Part shown: positions 1 through 10,054 of the stretch, one piece after another
How positions within the stretch are numbered: the stretch's first letter is position 1
Layout of the letters: every line of letters begins with the position of its first letter
Source of the DNA: Gemmatimonadaceae bacterium
GTDB lineage: Bacteria; Gemmatimonadota; Gemmatimonadetes; Gemmatimonadales; Gemmatimonadaceae
Length of the DNA stretch: 64,000 bases
NCBI GenBank assembly: GCA_051859245.1
Contig: JBHYGA010000004.1
Coordinates: forward strand, 867,930 to 931,929
Direction of reading: 5' to 3'
Position numbers and translations under genes: made by a program
The notes under the pieces: generated by a model
Told to the model about the DNA's origin: nothing
Database searches by the model: none
What the model saw: only the letters and a program-made list of their open reading frames with translations

Positions 1-697
1 AAATGTTTGCGCCGGGCGTGGTGCTTCGCACCGTGGGGCGGACGGCCACACGTTCGCGAAATGGCACCTCGGTAATGGTGGACGCAACAATGAACACACC
101 CGCGGCACCGGCACGTTGCGCAGCCGTGGTGTTGCCAATCACGGTGCCCGCGCGGCCAGGTGTTGCCGGCGCCGACATGAACACCACGATTTTTCCTCGC
201 ACGGCCGCTTCGTTCAGTACCACTGTGGTGTCGCCGTATCGTCCACCGAACACGGTCCCGGTCGCATTGAGTGCAGCGACGCCCGCAATCTGCGTGTTCG
301 CATTCGGCGCGAGGGGTGCCCAATCGGTGCCGGGAACGAGCGGTGACTGTCCAATGCTCAAACGGACTTTGTCTTTGTTGTAGGCCAGTCGCCCGTAATC
401 GAGCGTCTGGAAATACGTGCCGTTCTCACCAGCGGGTATGAGCCCAAGGCGCTTGAACTCGGCCGCGATATAGTCTGTGGCTTTGATGTTGCCGTACGTG
501 CCCGCTTCACGACCCTGCATGGAATCGTCGGCGTACTGATAGAGCCGCGTCCTCAAGTCGTTGGCCGTAATCGCGGCCTCGGTGCGACGCGGTTTCCAGG
601 TACGAGGGCCTTCATCCGGCCACACGACTTGAGCAGAAGCGGGCAGGGCTGCGGCGACACTCAGCAGCGCGCAGACAATCGGGTAGGCGAAACGCAT
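1..697 (-). CDS. Exported M28-family metallopeptidase, N-terminal part (runs off window start)
   Basis: Manual minus-strand translation from ATG 697: MRFAYPIVCALLSVAAALPASAQ (signal peptide)...ITANDLRTRLYQYADDSMQGREAGTYGNIKATDYIAAEFKRLGLIPAGENGTYFQ, the typical M28 N-terminus. Not in the ORF track because its stop lies outside the window. Confidence 0.85.
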   Translation of the reverse strand, partial: MRFAYPIVCALLSVAAALPASAQVVWPDEGPRTWKPRRTEAAITANDLRTRLYQYADDSMQGREAGTYGNIKATDYIAAEFKRLGLIPAGENGTYFQTLDYGRLAYNKDKVRLSIGQSPLVPGTDWAPLAPNANTQIAGVAALNATGTVFGGRYGDTTVVLNEAAVRGKIVVFMSAPATPGRAGTVIGNTTAAQRAGAAGVFIVASTITEVPFRERVAVRPTVRSTTPGANI

Positions 698-841
698 GGC
701 AGAATCGGGGAGGAGGGACAGAGCCAATCGTGCCCGCAATCTCGCACGATGGGCCGGTTGAGGAAACGGTCGGGCTGTGTGTGGCCTCCGTCGATCACAG
801 GGCCCTCACGCGCGGTACGTCCCAGAGTGCAACTTGTGTAC

Positions 842-2209
842 ATGCAAACTTCCCGCCTGCTTTTTTCGCTCCTCGCCGCAACGGCCCGCCGGGTTGCCCG
901 CGGTCTCTCGGTGAATGCCGCGCACGTCGCTACCGTTCTGTTCGCGTGCACGCTTGCCGCACAGCCGATTGCCGCGCAGCCGCTGTATCCCACGTCGTGG
1001 GACCCGAATCTCCTCGCGCGCGCCGACGTCAAGAATGCCGTGTCGTATCTGGAGAGCGGCCTGCCTTCACAAGTCGAAGAATGGATCCGCATTGCTCAGA
1101 TGCCGGGCAAATCAGGTCACGAAGCGCAGCGCGGCGCGTACGTTCGCGCGGAGATGGAAAAGGCCGGACTGCGCGTGGCGACCGACTCGATGGGCAATGT
1201 GACTGGTGTGCGCAAAGGCACCGGCGGTGGACCAACAATCGTGTTTGCTGCACACCTCGATATCGTGCACGCGCTCGAAACAGATCTCACGGTAAAACGC
1301 GTTGGCGATACGCTGTACGCGCCGGGAATTTTTGATAACAGTGCGTCGGTTGCGAACATGCTGGCCACCATTCGCGCGCTGAATGCAGCCAAGGTCTCAA
1401 CAAAGGGTGACCTGGTGTTCGTAGCAACCGTGCAGGAAGAGCTGGGGCTGCGCGGCATGGAATACTGGCTGCAGAAAAATCCCAAGCCCGACATGCTGAT
1501 CGCGATGGACGGCGGACTCGGGCCCATCAGCTACGGTGCGCTCGGCATTTACTGGACACGCTACGTGTACACGTCACCAGGTGCGCACACGCTGAACTCG
1601 CGTGGTCGACCCACTCCCGTGAAGGCGCTCGCGAACGCGATTGATCGCATTTACGCGATTCAACCCGCCGCACTGCCAGACGGCGCCGTGATCAACGTGG
1701 GACAGATTCACGGTGGCGTGATCTTTAACGGCATTCCACAGGAGCTCTACTTCACGATCGACCTGCGTTCACCGAATCCCACACTGCTTGATTCACTCGA
1801 CCGCGTGATCGGCCGCATTGCGCAGGAAGCGGCCGATGAAGAAAAGGTTGGTCTACGCGTTGAAGTCGAGCAGAAGAACGGCGCCGGTGGCACGGAAAAA
1901 ATGCTCGAGGGAGCGCGTCAGCATCCGCTTGTGCAAACAGCCATCGACATTCAGAAGCATCTTGGGGTGCGCTTTGGCATGCCTGGCGCCTCGGAAGCAC
2001 TGGCCAGCGGCAGCACGGACGCAAACGTTGGCGTAGTGCGCGGTATTCCCAGCATCAGCATTGGCCGTTCATATGGCGGCAATCAGCATACGCTCACCGA
2101 GTGGGCGCATTGGCCAAGTGCACTCGACGGCACCAAGCTCACGTTGCTGCTCGCCGCCACATTTGGTGACGGGATTACCGCGGTGCCGCCGCGCCGGCTT
2201 GTGCCGTAA
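842..2209 (+). CDS. Exported M20/M25/M40-family metallo-hydrolase
   Basis: AAHLDIV, GIFDNSAS, VQEELG, STDAN and HTLTE motifs; signal-like N-terminus ending IAAQP. Start uncertain (ATG 842 or a downstream GTG). Confidence 0.85.
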   Translation: MQTSRLLFSLLAATARRVARGLSVNAAHVATVLFACTLAAQPIAAQPLYPTSWDPNLLARADVKNAVSYLESGLPSQVEEWIRIAQMPGKSGHEAQRGAYVRAEMEKAGLRVATDSMGNVTGVRKGTGGGPTIVFAAHLDIVHALETDLTVKRVGDTLYAPGIFDNSASVANMLATIRALNAAKVSTKGDLVFVATVQEELGLRGMEYWLQKNPKPDMLIAMDGGLGPISYGALGIYWTRYVYTSPGAHTLNSRGRPTPVKALANAIDRIYAIQPAALPDGAVINVGQIHGGVIFNGIPQELYFTIDLRSPNPTLLDSLDRVIGRIAQEAADEEKVGLRVEVEQKNGAGGTEKMLEGARQHPLVQTAIDIQKHLGVRFGMPGASEALASGSTDANVGVVRGIPSISIGRSYGGNQHTLTEWAHWPSALDGTKLTLLLAATFGDGITAVPPRRLVP

Positions 2210-3104
2210 CTTCCGAAACACGCCGCTCAATCCAGCGCGCCAGGAGCGTGTGCGGAAGCAGCGGCGTGCCTTCGTACACGGCATTGAGTCCGGCCAGATC
2301 GGCGCGGAATTTTTCTTTGCTCACGCGACCTTTCGAAATCAGCACTGGCACGACGATCACCGGCTGCTTCGTCAACTCGCCCTGCAGGCCAATGAGTTCG
2401 CGCACACGCAGCACGGCTTCGGCGCGAACAGGCGCGGGCGCATCGTCGCGCACCATGTCAACGCGCACATCGCGAAAGCCCGTCTCCTTCTTCACCTGGT
2501 CGGCCACGACACGAAGGTGTCGCATCCACTCGGCGTAGTCTTCGGCTGAGTTGGGTCCGTGCGCCACCAGAAACAGCGCCTGCTCGCGCGGCTTTGTGGT
2601 AAGCGAGAGTGCACGTTCTGCCAGCACGGACGCGAGCTCTGGCGCGTCATCAAGTGCACGGGCGACACGAAGCGGCACGTTGGCTGTGGGACGCGCCAAG
2701 CCGCCCATGTGCAGATGATGGTGCATCATCTCGTCGAGCGAGTCCGTCAGCCCGGCCAGCCAGCGGAGCTGCTCATAATGGCCGCTGTGGCTGGAGACGA
2801 GCAGCGGCACGATCACCACCTCAGTGGCGCCCTGCGCGACCAGCTTCGCCACCTGGTCCTGAAACCGATGCGTCGCTGCCGCCGGGCCCATGAGATACGC
2901 CAGCTCAATCGGGCCACCCGTTTTGGCGGTGCGAGCAATCCGCTCGACTTCGGCGTTCCATTCCGGCTCGCCGCCGTGCGCGATCACGATGGTGCCGACT
3001 GACCGCGAGGACTGGGCCGCGAGCGAGTGAAGGGGCGTGAACGCTGCGGCGGCCGCGAGGGTCGTAGCGACAATGGCGAGCGAGGTACGAATCGGGAGGC
3101 GCAT
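2175..3104 (-). CDS. CbiX/SirB-like class II chelatase, two domains, with signal peptide
   Basis: IVIAHGG...VVIVPLLVSSHSGH, His-rich MMHHHLH loop, second LVAHGPN...VIVVPVLIS; N-terminus MRLPIRTSLAIVATTLAAAAAF...SLAAQ. Confidence 0.8.
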   Translation of the reverse strand: MRLPIRTSLAIVATTLAAAAAFTPLHSLAAQSSRSVGTIVIAHGGEPEWNAEVERIARTAKTGGPIELAYLMGPAAATHRFQDQVAKLVAQGATEVVIVPLLVSSHSGHYEQLRWLAGLTDSLDEMMHHHLHMGGLARPTANVPLRVARALDDAPELASVLAERALSLTTKPREQALFLVAHGPNSAEDYAEWMRHLRVVADQVKKETGFRDVRVDMVRDDAPAPVRAEAVLRVRELIGLQGELTKQPVIVVPVLISKGRVSKEKFRADLAGLNAVYEGTPLLPHTLLARWIERRVSEVTAQAGAAAPR

Positions 3105-3175
3105 GACAGGCAGAAAAGGGAGTAATTTACTCGGGATTAACCGCAAGCGATTGGGCGAACGCCCAGATTTTTTGA

Positions 3176-3229
3176 AGAGTAAGACGACGGTACGCGAGGC
3201 GTCAAGTGTTCTTTGAGACTCGTTCTCAA
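3176..3229 (-). promoter_or_regulatory. Putative sigma70 promoter of the cbiX-like gene with adjacent Fur-type palindrome
   Basis: Minus strand TTGACG (3205-3200), 18 bp, TACTCT (3181-3176); palindrome TTGAGA-ctcgt-TCTCAA at 3213-3229. Confidence 0.6.
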
Positions 3230-3346
3230 CAAACGAATATTCCTGTTGGGTCGGCGCGGCCCGCAGGTCGCGCCTTGGCTGGATGCGCAGAGGAAGGCTG
3301 CGCCTCGGCAGGTTGTTGCCTCGGCAGGTTGCGTCAGCGAACGACG

Positions 3347-5221
3347 CTATTCGATCGGGATAAACACATCGCCCAGCGCCAGTGGCGACTGAGCGGGCGC
3401 GGATCGCTGCGTTGGCGGGGCCTCGCCAAAAATGTCGAAAGCTCGAATAGACGCGTCGACGGCCGCCAACGCGCGTTCGATCTCAGTGCTCGTTTTGCCA
3501 ATCTCCCACCGGTACACCGCACCCGACGCGGCGTACGCGCCCATGCCGAGCAGCATGCCCGCACCGAGCACCGGAGCGGCGAGCGCGGCACCTGCGAGCG
3601 CCATCACTTTGATACCAACGACTGCGCCGACACCTGCCCCGGCCGACACGCTGCTACCAATGCCAATGCCGTATCCCGCGATGTTCGCGCCGAGACCGCG
3701 TCGCAAATCGAGATGCATGGTGACTTCGCAGCCGCGTGGATCACCGGGAAGCGCGGCAATGGTCACGCGCAACTCGCGCACGTACACACCGTAACGCGTC
3801 CACGTCCAGCGATAATCACCGCCCACCATATCCGGGATCTTGAACACGAGCACGCCGCCATCGAGTGGATGTCCACCAACCGTGTCCACCAGCTCAAGAC
3901 TGTACGGTGCGGCTTGCAGCGCGCGGCCGAGCGCCGCGAGCACAACGCGTGGTGCAAAGCGGAACGGACGCGAGACGGCGAGCGAACGCTGTGTCGTGCC
4001 AAGCAAGCGCGTGGCAATACGATCTTGCCATGCGGGCACGGTGGCCGTCTGCTGCAACGACGCAGGTGCACTCTTGAGCTCGGCAATCGCGAGCGCGACG
4101 TAACGCTGCGAAATTCCCGCTTCGATCGCCGCCGCTTCCACATCATGCGCGCGAAAGCCATCTGTCTGTGCAGCGCGTTCGGCGGTGCTGGTGTTGGCCA
4201 CGGCGTCACCCGCGGGAAGCGCGCGAGTCTCTGCGCCAATTCCTGTATCGCGCACGCGATGCTCGAGACGCATGGCTGCTTCAGCCTGCAGCTGTGCGGC
4301 GCGTCGCCACACGGCGTGCGCCTGATCGGTACTCATGACCATGCTGCCCGCCACTGATGTGGGCTGCGGCACGGACTCCATGGCCTTGTGGAGCGCTTCG
4401 GCGAGCGCTTCGCCATTGGGATAACGATCCGCCGGATTCTTTTGCAAACAACAGTCGATCACACTCGCGAGTGCCGCCGGCACTTCGGGTGCGTAGGATC
4501 GCAGCGGCGGTGGATTCCGCGTGGCGTGCGCCACGATGATGGCTTGCGGAATGTCTCCCTCAAACGGCAGTCGACCACTCAGGGCGAGAAAGCCGGCCAC
4601 CCCCAGCGCATACAGATCACTGCGTCCATCAAGCGTATCACCGGCGCACTGTTCCGGGCTCATGTAATGCACGGTGCCGAGCACGTAGCCGTTGGCGGTG
4701 ATCGACGGATCAAAATCGGTACGGGCAATACCAAAGTCGGTGACAACGGCGCGATTGGTAGCGCGATCGAGCAGAATGTTCTCCGGCTTTACGTCGCGGT
4801 GCACGATGCCGCGCGCGTGCGCGTAGGCGAGTGCCCACGCGACTTCGCGAAGAATGCGAACAACCTCCGCGGGGCCGAGCGGTCCACGATCGCGAATACG
4901 ATCCGCTAACGTTTCGCCTTCTACATAGCCCATGGCGAAAAACGCGAGCCCGTCGAGTTCATCAGCGCGGTACACCGGCACAATGTTGGGGTGCGACAGC
5001 TGCGCTGCGGTGCGCGCTTCGCGCAGAAATCGTTCGCGGGTTTCGCCCTGCGATGCGAGATGCTGCGGCAGAACTTTCAGTGCGACTGGTCGATCGAGTC
5101 GCTCGTCACGGGCCAGAAACACCACGCCCATGCCACCGCGACCGAGTTCGCGTTCAATCGTGTATTGGCCGCGCAGCGCCGCGCGCAGAGAGACGAGTTC
5201 ACCGGTGGTTGAGCTGGGCAT
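3347..5221 (-). CDS. Hanks-type Ser/Thr protein kinase with C-terminal membrane module
   Basis: LGRGGMGVV, VALK, HRDVKPEN, TDFG, GTVHYMSPE, SDLYALG; Gly-rich hydrophobic stretch near the C-terminus. Confidence 0.93.
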   Translation of the reverse strand: MPSSTTGELVSLRAALRGQYTIERELGRGGMGVVFLARDERLDRPVALKVLPQHLASQGETRERFLREARTAAQLSHPNIVPVYRADELDGLAFFAMGYVEGETLADRIRDRGPLGPAEVVRILREVAWALAYAHARGIVHRDVKPENILLDRATNRAVVTDFGIARTDFDPSITANGYVLGTVHYMSPEQCAGDTLDGRSDLYALGVAGFLALSGRLPFEGDIPQAIIVAHATRNPPPLRSYAPEVPAALASVIDCCLQKNPADRYPNGEALAEALHKAMESVPQPTSVAGSMVMSTDQAHAVWRRAAQLQAEAAMRLEHRVRDTGIGAETRALPAGDAVANTSTAERAAQTDGFRAHDVEAAAIEAGISQRYVALAIAELKSAPASLQQTATVPAWQDRIATRLLGTTQRSLAVSRPFRFAPRVVLAALGRALQAAPYSLELVDTVGGHPLDGGVLVFKIPDMVGGDYRWTWTRYGVYVRELRVTIAALPGDPRGCEVTMHLDLRRGLGANIAGYGIGIGSSVSAGAGVGAVVGIKVMALAGAALAAPVLGAGMLLGMGAYAASGAVYRWEIGKTSTEIERALAAVDASIRAFDIFGEAPPTQRSAPAQSPLALGDVFIPIE

Positions 5222-5261
5222 TGTTTTCAATATTACGACGAGGGACGCCGTGATGTTACAA

Positions 5262-5290
5262 GGGGCGACCGTCTGATAGACGATCGCCCC
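5262..5290 (-). terminator. Hairpin downstream of the metalloprotease gene (possible terminator)
   Basis: GGGGCGACCGTC-tgata-GACGATCGCCCC; only a weak T tract follows on the minus strand. Confidence 0.5.
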
Positions 5291-5313
5291 CTGATTCCCG
5301 CCTGCTGAACCGA

Positions 5314-7881
5314 TTACTTCGCTGGTTCGAGCATTTCCTTGATCTGATCGCGAGAGTCCTGCAGGTGCGCGCGGCTGGCGCGGTCACTCGTGCGCGCGAT
5401 GGCGGCCGCCAACTCGCGATCAAGATCACGCATTTCTGCCTTGAGCAACGGACGCACGTCCGCGGTGCTCACCGCACCCGCTCCACCAAAGCCACCTGGG
5501 AAGCCGGCTGGTGCAGCGGCCGGCGCCGGCGGGTTGATCTTCGAAGCCATTGCTTCGAGGTACGTGCGCTGCAGCCGACGACGATAAATGTCGATGGACT
5601 GTCCGGCGTAGATCTCCTTCCAGAGGCCGCGACGCAGATCGGTGAGCATCTCCGCGAGCGGATAGACATCGCGGCGTGACTTCGCCGCGGCTTCCATTTC
5701 GAGCATGCGCTGCATGCGATCGTTGGCAACGAGCGACGAAAGCGCACGAGCCTGCGATCCACTGATGCGCGCCAGGCTTCCCGACGGCTCCAGTCGATTG
5801 ATGATGCTCGGCTCAAGCAAATACGTGGGCGTGGTAAAGGCGTTGTCCACGAGGAACTTGAGCGCTTCACGCTGACGCGACGCTTCGACGGGCACGTATA
5901 CATCACCCGGCTGACCAACACGCTTTTCCGTCTTGTAGGCACCACCAACAACGCGCGCGACGTGCGCCATTTCCGTGGCCCACTGTCCAACGAGTCGCGT
6001 ATACAGCTGCTGCATGTCGCTGTAATCATCACCCACGCGCGTGTTCGACGCGGGCTCGATCATCTTGATGATGCGCTTGATGTTTTTGACACCAAGCTCC
6101 GTGGCGCGCACGGCATCGGCGTCACCAATGGCTTCCGACTGTTCGCCCGGATCGGATCCGGCCGCGCCCGCATCACTTGCAAAGCGATACCACGGAATGG
6201 TGTCCTGCATGCGAGCCCACTTCTCAAGCGTGGGCTTCTCGTCTTCCGGCGTCCGCGCGCCCGGAATCGGTGTGTAGCCCCACATCACAGCGTACTTGTC
6301 GTACGGACCAACCTTCGGCACCAGATCTTCCACGGCAATGCCGTCTTCCGGCTGCGCGACGTAGTTCAAACGCGCGTAGTCCATCAGGCTCGCCACGTGT
6401 CCCATGCGCTTCACAAAATCCTTGTTGCGAATGGAATCGATCGGATACATCGAGCTCGACTTGAAGTTGTGCGGAAAGCCGAGCGTGTGTCCGACTTCGT
6501 GCGCCACGACATACTGCACGAGGCGTCCCATGAGTTCATCGGGATACGGATACTGCAGCACACGCTTGTCGAGGTGACCCACCTGCGTGAAGTACCACGT
6601 GCGCTGCAGGTTCATGATGTTGTGATACATCATGACATCAGCGTCGAGGATTTCACCGGAGCGTGGATCAACCGTGCTAGGTCCCACGGCGTTTTCAGTG
6701 GGGCTGGCGAGCCAACGCACCACAGCGATCGTAGCGTCTTCCGGATTCCAGTCGGGATTATTCTTGGGCGCTTCCGCGGCCACGATGCCCTTTGAGAAAC
6801 CGGCCACTTCAAACGCCGACTGCCACTCTTCAATGCCCTTCTTCACATACGGCACGAGCCATTCGGGCGTGCCGGGATCCACGTGGTACGTGATCGGCTT
6901 CTTGGGCACGCACAGGTTACCGACTTTCTGATCGGAGCACTCAAGGCGCCAGCGGTTGGCAAAACGACGCGTGACCACACGCTGCTCAGGCGAACCGAAG
7001 TCTGTTTGCGTCGTGGAGAAGAATCCAACGCGCGAATCTGCCAGGCGCGCCTGCATGGGCACTTCCGGGAGCTTCACGAGCGAGTAATGGTACAGCGTGG
7101 TGCCGCCGTTGCCTGCTCCACCACCACCACCGCCGCCCGGTGCCGCCGTGGCCGTGCACGTGAGCGACGCGTCGACTTCCACGTTGCGTTCGTACGGCGA
7201 CATGCGTTCGACAAAGCTGCGTGACGCATCACGTGCCGGTCGCGCACAACCCTGCGAGAACTCATCAATCTGGCCGGTGAACATGCGCGACACATCGATC
7301 ACGGCGCTTGAGTCACGACCAAACGCTTCGACATTGAAGGCGGCAATGATCGTGCTGTAGCGAATCATGTCGACCGACTTGTTGATCGAGCCGGTGTCGC
7401 TGGAGACGTTACGCAGATTCGATTCGCGCATGAGGATGCGCGAGCCCACTCGCTCAAAGCGCACCAACGCCTGTCCGGCCGTTGTGCCGCCGCTCACGCC
7501 GTTGGGCGTGGCGCGAATGGTGCGCACCACGATCATGTCTTTGTTCAGTTCCGCGGCCGGAATCTCAAAGAACCAACGACCGCGAATTTCGTGCACGCCA
7601 AAGAGTCCCTGCTTGGACTTCGCCTGCGCCGTGATCACCGAGGCGTACGGACGCGGCGTGGGATCACCGCCCGCGCCGCCTGGAGCGCCGCCCGGTGCAC
7701 CGCCGCCTGCGGGCGGCTGCGCTGTCCCGCCGCCCGGGGGCGTGGTCGGCGTTTGCGGATTGTTGGTGGTGTTCGCCGGTCGTGCACCCGCATTGGGTCG
7801 CGGCGAAGGAGAGGGCGCAGGCTGGCGACACGCGGTCACAAGGACCACGGCCGTCACCGCTGAGAGAGCGAAGACGCGCAT
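5314..7881 (-). CDS. Lipoprotein zinc-dependent metalloprotease (DUF5117/DUF4953-type met-zincin)
   Basis: Lipobox VTAC; HEVGHTLGFPHN zinc motif, SLMDY Met-turn, DPRSGEI; Pro/Gly-rich linker. Confidence 0.9.
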   Translation of the reverse strand: MRVFALSAVTAVVLVTACRQPAPSPSPRPNAGARPANTTNNPQTPTTPPGGGTAQPPAGGGAPGGAPGGAGGDPTPRPYASVITAQAKSKQGLFGVHEIRGRWFFEIPAAELNKDMIVVRTIRATPNGVSGGTTAGQALVRFERVGSRILMRESNLRNVSSDTGSINKSVDMIRYSTIIAAFNVEAFGRDSSAVIDVSRMFTGQIDEFSQGCARPARDASRSFVERMSPYERNVEVDASLTCTATAAPGGGGGGGAGNGGTTLYHYSLVKLPEVPMQARLADSRVGFFSTTQTDFGSPEQRVVTRRFANRWRLECSDQKVGNLCVPKKPITYHVDPGTPEWLVPYVKKGIEEWQSAFEVAGFSKGIVAAEAPKNNPDWNPEDATIAVVRWLASPTENAVGPSTVDPRSGEILDADVMMYHNIMNLQRTWYFTQVGHLDKRVLQYPYPDELMGRLVQYVVAHEVGHTLGFPHNFKSSSMYPIDSIRNKDFVKRMGHVASLMDYARLNYVAQPEDGIAVEDLVPKVGPYDKYAVMWGYTPIPGARTPEDEKPTLEKWARMQDTIPWYRFASDAGAAGSDPGEQSEAIGDADAVRATELGVKNIKRIIKMIEPASNTRVGDDYSDMQQLYTRLVGQWATEMAHVARVVGGAYKTEKRVGQPGDVYVPVEASRQREALKFLVDNAFTTPTYLLEPSIINRLEPSGSLARISGSQARALSSLVANDRMQRMLEMEAAAKSRRDVYPLAEMLTDLRRGLWKEIYAGQSIDIYRRRLQRTYLEAMASKINPPAPAAAPAGFPGGFGGAGAVSTADVRPLLKAEMRDLDRELAAAIARTSDRASRAHLQDSRDQIKEMLEPAK

Positions 7882-7992
7882 GTGCGAGTGATGAAGAGGG
7901 AAATCGAGGTGGGCAGTGGCGATTGGTTGTCCAACCTGTCACGTTTCCTAAACTAAACGCCTGCCGATCGAACCGCCGTCGACCCCTTCTTC

Positions 7993-9981
7993 GTGCCCAA
8001 CGCGTTTCCTTCCTCGGTTCCGCTCTCTGCCACACTGCGCTCGCCGTTTGACGGCGGACTTCGCGCGCCCGACGATCGATCCGTCGCGGTCGCTGCGTGG
8101 AGCCAGGACGGTCGCATCCTCGATGCGAATGACGCGTTTCTGTCGCTAGTCGGCGCAACGCACGACGCGTTGCTCGCCGGCGAACTGTCGTGGGAGGCAC
8201 TCGAAGATCCTGTCGCGGCCGCCTCAACGCGCGTGATGCGCACGCTGGTGGCCGAAGCAGGTATGGCGCCACCGTACGAAACGCTGCTGCGTCATCGCGA
8301 TGGTAGCACCGTGCCGGTGCTGGTGGTGGTCACCACGCTGGATCGTGTGCGCGGTGTGGGGTGGTGCTTTGCGCTCGACCTGCGTACGCAGAAAGCCACC
8401 GAAGCCGCGCTGCGCACCTCTGAGGAGCGGTACCGACTGGTCACGCGCGCCGCGGGCGGTGCGATCTGGGAGTGGGACCTCGCGCGCGAGCAGATCACCT
8501 TCCTCGACGGCATGGCCGATCGCTTCGGATGGGATGTCGCGGGACGTCCGTTGCCGCTGCACTGGTGGCACGAGCGCATTCATCCGGATGATGTGGGTGC
8601 GTTGCTCGCGACGGCCGAAGAAGTGCACGAAAGCCGTGTGGGCAACGCCACGCATTCGTATCGCTTTCGTCGTGCCGACAACAGCTGGGCCATGGTGCAC
8701 GATCACTTTCACGTGGTGCGTGATAGCGGCGGTCGTCCGGAACGCGTGATTGGTGTCATGCTCGATGCGACCGATCGTCACGCGCTGGAAGAGCAGTTGC
8801 GACAGGCCCAGAAAATGGACGCCGTTGGTCGACTCGCTGGTGGCGTGGCGCACGACTTCAACAACCTTCTCACGGTGATTCGCGGCAACGCCTCACTGTT
8901 GCTCGAGCAACTGGCGCCGGAAAGTGAGTTGCGTGGTGAGCTGCAGGAGATTGAGCGCGCGGCTTCACGCGCCAGTGATCTCACGCGTCAGCTGCTGGCG
9001 TTTGGTCGCAAACAGGTGCTGCAGCCGCAGGATCTGGATCTGAATGCCGTTGTGGCGCAACTCACGCGCATGCTCGATCGCCTGATTCCGAAAACAATCA
9101 CCGTTCGTCTCACGCCAGCGCACGAAGTGGGGTTGGTGCGCGCCGATCGCGGGCAGTTGGAGCAAGTGATTCTGAATCTCGTGATCAACGCACGCGATTC
9201 CATGCCCGAGGGTGGTGCACTGGAGTTGCGGACCGGCGAGTTTGGCGTGGGACGTGCGCACGGTGGGTGGACGGGTGATGGACCCGTTGCTCCACCTGAT
9301 GTCCCGATACGTCCGGGACGCTACATCTATCTCTCCGTGACCGATACAGGTGCGGGAATGGACGAAGGCACACGTGCGCGCGCATTTGAACCGTTCTTCA
9401 CCACCAAAGCCGTTGGACAAGGCACAGGACTTGGCCTGGCCACAGTGTACGGCATCGTGAAGCAGAGTGACGGATACGTGTGGATTGACAGTGCGCCCAT
9501 GCGCGGAACGGTCGTGCATGTATGTTTGCCGCGCGTTGAAGCCGAAACTCGCGTTGCTCGGCCCACGCCCGTGGCGGTGCCGGCAGTACCGGGTCCGCGT
9601 ACTGTGTTGCTCGTGGAAGACGAAGATGGCGTGCGTGATCTCACGCAGCGTGTGCTTGAGCGTCAGGGCTATCTCGTGTTTGTCGCCCGCGACGGCGTGG
9701 AAGCGTTAGCGCTCTTTGATGATCACAAGCACGAAATTGATGTGCTGGTCACCGATGTGGTGATGCCGCGTCTGGGTGGCAGCGAACTGGTGGGCAAAGT
9801 GCGCGCACAGCGCAGCGATTTGCCGGTGTTGTTCATGTCCGGGTACGCGCGCAACGCCGCCATTCGTGGGGCGCCCGGTGATCGACGCACGCGCTTTTTG
9901 CAGAAGCCGTTTACGGTGCCTGCATTTCAGCAGGCGGTGGCGGAACTGCTGGCGCACGCTGGGCCGCGGCGAGCGCGATAG
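7993..9981 (+). CDS. PAS-PAS hybrid sensor histidine kinase/receiver
   Basis: [14 protein letters not shown]-box, [22 protein letters not shown], receiver VLLVEDE...DVVMP...FLQKPF. Confidence 0.93.
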   Translation: MPNAFPSSVPLSATLRSPFDGGLRAPDDRSVAVAAWSQDGRILDANDAFLSLVGATHDALLAGELSWEALEDPVAAASTRVMRTLVAEAGMAPPYETLLRHRDGSTVPVLVVVTTLDRVRGVGWCFALDLRTQKATEAALRTSEERYRLVTRAAGGAIWEWDLAREQITFLDGMADRFGWDVAGRPLPLHWWHERIHPDDVGALLATAEEVHESRVGNATHSYRFRRADNSWAMVHDHFHVVRDSGGRPERVIGVMLDATDRHALEEQLRQAQKMDAVGRLAGGVAHDFNNLLTVIRGNASLLLEQLAPESELRGELQEIERAASRASDLTRQLLAFGRKQVLQPQDLDLNAVVAQLTRMLDRLIPKTITVRLTPAHEVGLVRADRGQLEQVILNLVINARDSMPEGGALELRTGEFGVGRAHGGWTGDGPVAPPDVPIRPGRYIYLSVTDTGAGMDEGTRARAFEPFFTTKAVGQGTGLGLATVYGIVKQSDGYVWIDSAPMRGTVVHVCLPRVEAETRVARPTPVAVPAVPGPRTVLLVEDEDGVRDLTQRVLERQGYLVFVARDGVEALALFDDHKHEIDVLVTDVVMPRLGGSELVGKVRAQRSDLPVLFMSGYARNAAIRGAPGDRRTRFLQKPFTVPAFQQAVAELLAHAGPRRAR

Positions 9982-10054
9982 TCGCGCGTTGCCGCAGCGA
10001 GTGGTAACACGTTGCAAGGTGTTGTCTCACGTCCGCGACACAACGTGCGTCACA

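Noticed and set aside
3..383. Plus-strand 126-aa ORF at the window start
   Set aside because: Antisense to the M28 peptidase, which has clear family motifs.
3206..4357. 383-aa plus-strand ORF and other long antisense ORFs (e.g. 11048-12046, 27683-28723, 29946-30845, 61154-62023)
   Set aside because: Shadow frames opposite well-supported genes in high-GC DNA; no motifs recognised.
9982..10054. Imperfect inverted repeat (CACGTTG...CAACGTG) between convergent genes as an ncRNA or REP element
   Set aside because: Single copy in the window and imperfect; at most a weak terminator.
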